Part shown: positions 62,369 to 64,000 of the stretch, in pieces | How the letters are laid out: every line of letters begins with the position of its first letter | Numbering within the stretch: the stretch's first letter is position 1 | Virus record (IMG/VR): IMGVR_UViG_2974697560_000001 | DNA from: a virus | Taxonomy: Duplodnaviria; Heunggongvirae; Uroviricota; Caudoviricetes | Reading direction: 5' to 3' (one strand) | DNA: 64,000 nucleotides | Notes under the pieces: generated by a model | Database searches by the model: none | What the model saw: only the letters and a program-made list of their open reading frames with translations | What the model was told of the DNA's origin: nothing | Program-made: the position numbers and the translations under genes

Positions 62369-62647
62369 GTGCTAGAGAAATGGGCATGGTGGATTCTGGC
62401 CCGGCAGATGAGAAGGTACCGTGATACCAGACAACACCACCAAGCAGACCACATAAGGGCAGCACTAGCCACAAGAGAACAGAAGATTTGTAGTCTCTGC
62501 TGTATCCTTGAGAATACAGACTGGCTAGCATGGGCAACACGCTTTGACCCGACTGCTAATGAGTGCAAGGACAACGAGCTATATGCAAGTATTGTTGAAG
62601 ATGAATCCCGGTTTGGAGATGTGGTTCGGAGAACAGGTCTGGATTGA
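62369..62647 (+). CDS. hypothetical protein
   Basis: ORF track 92 aa. Confidence 0.4.
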   Translation: MLEKWAWWILARQMRRYRDTRQHHQADHIRAALATREQKICSLCCILENTDWLAWATRFDPTANECKDNELYASIVEDESRFGDVVRRTGLD

Positions 62648-63055
62648 CGAAGACTGGGAAGATTGGGACGACGACGAGGACTGGCCAGATGATGGCTGGT
62701 CCTTTTCGTTTTTATAGGGGTGGCATCGGATGTCGGATTTCTTAGTCGCAATTCGAATCCATGATTTTTTTAGTCATAGATTTTTAGTCGCGTAGCGACT
62801 GCGCCTGCGGCTCAAAGAGGGCCCGGTAGTGAAGGGTCCCAGTACCCCTATATACATTACTCCTTATCCCCTATAAGAGAACACCCAACCACTATATACC
62901 CAAAGGCATATGAGGCATACAGAGCATGTCGATGAGCATGCAGTGAGGCATGACAACGTGTGCTTGAATCAATCAGTCCGTATGCATGATGAGTCTGTCT
63001 TGCATACCGTCCTTGAATACATGAAGTACACCCATCTTGTCAACCAATGTTGCAA

Positions 63056-63122
63056 GTTATCCACAGGTTTAGGCTAGGTTGTGGATAACTATTGTGGATA
63101 AAGAAATATAGGTTGTGCACAA
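63056..63122 (+). promoter_or_regulatory. cluster of DnaA-box-like 9-mers (TTATCCACA, then two inverted TTGTGGATAA) plus the palindrome TTGTGCACAA
   Basis: exact matches to the bacterial DnaA box consensus TTATCCACA, read directly inside a non-coding region of more than 1.3 kb. Confidence 0.5.
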
Positions 63123-63699
63123 TATAGTAGTGTGAAGGGTATGTGTAATAGTCCGGGATATCTCGCAGGCTTAACAAGCATTTGGAGGCACATTCTAAGC
63201 CCTAGCAAACATTCTGCCCACGAATCCAAGGCAAATAAGGCTGTCAAGCACCGAAATATATGCTCCAAAAGTGTCCCAAAATGAGCAAAAACATGCTAAT
63301 TTCAAGGGGAATGCTGCCATTTTGCCCGAAATCGTGCCAGAATCCAGCAATTTTAACAGTCATTCGTAAAGCAGCCCCAATCTAGCCCACATGCAGCCCC
63401 AAATCAGCCCATCTTCCTGGAAAATTAGGCAGTCATCGTAAATGGACCCACCATTCGAAGGCCAATGAGCCTGATAGACCTTAGATTCATAGATGAGGTG
63501 TCGATTCTCCCTATATACATGCCAGACTTGAGTCTGATGTGAGAAAAGCCCGGCAGTTTGAAGAGGCTTTCGTAAATGGACTAGATAGATACACACGCAT
63601 TATAGGGAAGGGTAGATAGTATATGTATATAGGGGACAAGGACACCTATCACTACCGGCCTTGAATCTCAGCATGTCTTGTCTCTCATGTATATAGCAG

Positions 63700-63727
63700 A
63701 AAAGCCACCCCGAAGGGTGGCTATTTT
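63700..63727 (+). terminator. rho-independent terminator AGCCACCC-CGAA-GGGTGGCT-ATTTTTGT
   Basis: read directly; there is no annotated ORF upstream, so it may end a non-coding transcript. Confidence 0.75.
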
Positions 63728-64000
63728 TGTACTCAAAAAAGTTTCTGAAAATGTGCTGACTCCGGGGATTTTGAGCCCTGACTTAAAGGGCCAAATCCTG
63801 GGAAAAATAAGGAGCCTTCGTAAAGGGGATTCAATTCGGACATCGGGGACAAATCGATGTGAATCTTGACAGACATGAAGTTAGTTAGGCTAGCTAAGAT
63901 GTCCGCCCCGGACATTGAAAGGTCCCTGGGGAGAGGCCGACCTTCCTCTAATTAAGCCCTCGCCAGATTGACTGATAGGGCCCCCAGGGACACACTTTGT

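Noticed and set aside
1-64000. CRISPR arrays, transposases, integrase/attachment site, rRNA, tmRNA
   Set aside because: No array of regularly spaced direct repeats, no DDE/serine/tyrosine recombinase-like ORF and no rRNA-like sequence was seen. T-arm-bearing tRNA-like elements were checked for the tmRNA tag-reading-frame structure, and none fits.

Overview
This window reads as about 64 kb of a large tailed dsDNA phage genome; I could not run any search to confirm that. Essentially every gene is on the + strand and GC is roughly 50%. The host is probably an actinobacterium, based on a WhiB-like regulator, lipobox lipoproteins and TTGACA-N17-TAGAGT promoters. The left part holds a replication/recombination block (DnaE-type polymerase, MazG, RecA-like ATPase, Cas4-like nuclease, RuvC-like resolvase), then a packaging block (HTH proteins, terminase large subunit, HNH endonuclease). 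From ~13.4 kb to ~57.7 kb about 39 canonical tRNA genes plus many degenerate or tRNA-like elements are interspersed among small hypothetical genes. Notable proteins are a Ro60/TROVE+vWA ortholog (Rsr), a T4 Rnl1-like RNA ligase with a polynucleotide kinase-phosphatase (a tRNA-healing pair), a NADAR-domain protein, a thioredoxin, a dCMP-deaminase-like protein, and a GHKL-ATPase + unknown + metallophosphoesterase trio. Other notable features are a membrane-anchored FtsK-like ATPase beside a minimal nucleotidyltransferase, an NlpC/P60 peptidase, an SPFH protein and two further vWA proteins. The last ~1.3 kb has no ORFs and carries DnaA-box-like sites and short direct repeats. I found no CRISPR array, transposase, rRNA or clear integrase. 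tRNA anticodons were hand-folded without tRNAscan; non-canonical loci are listed at low confidence.
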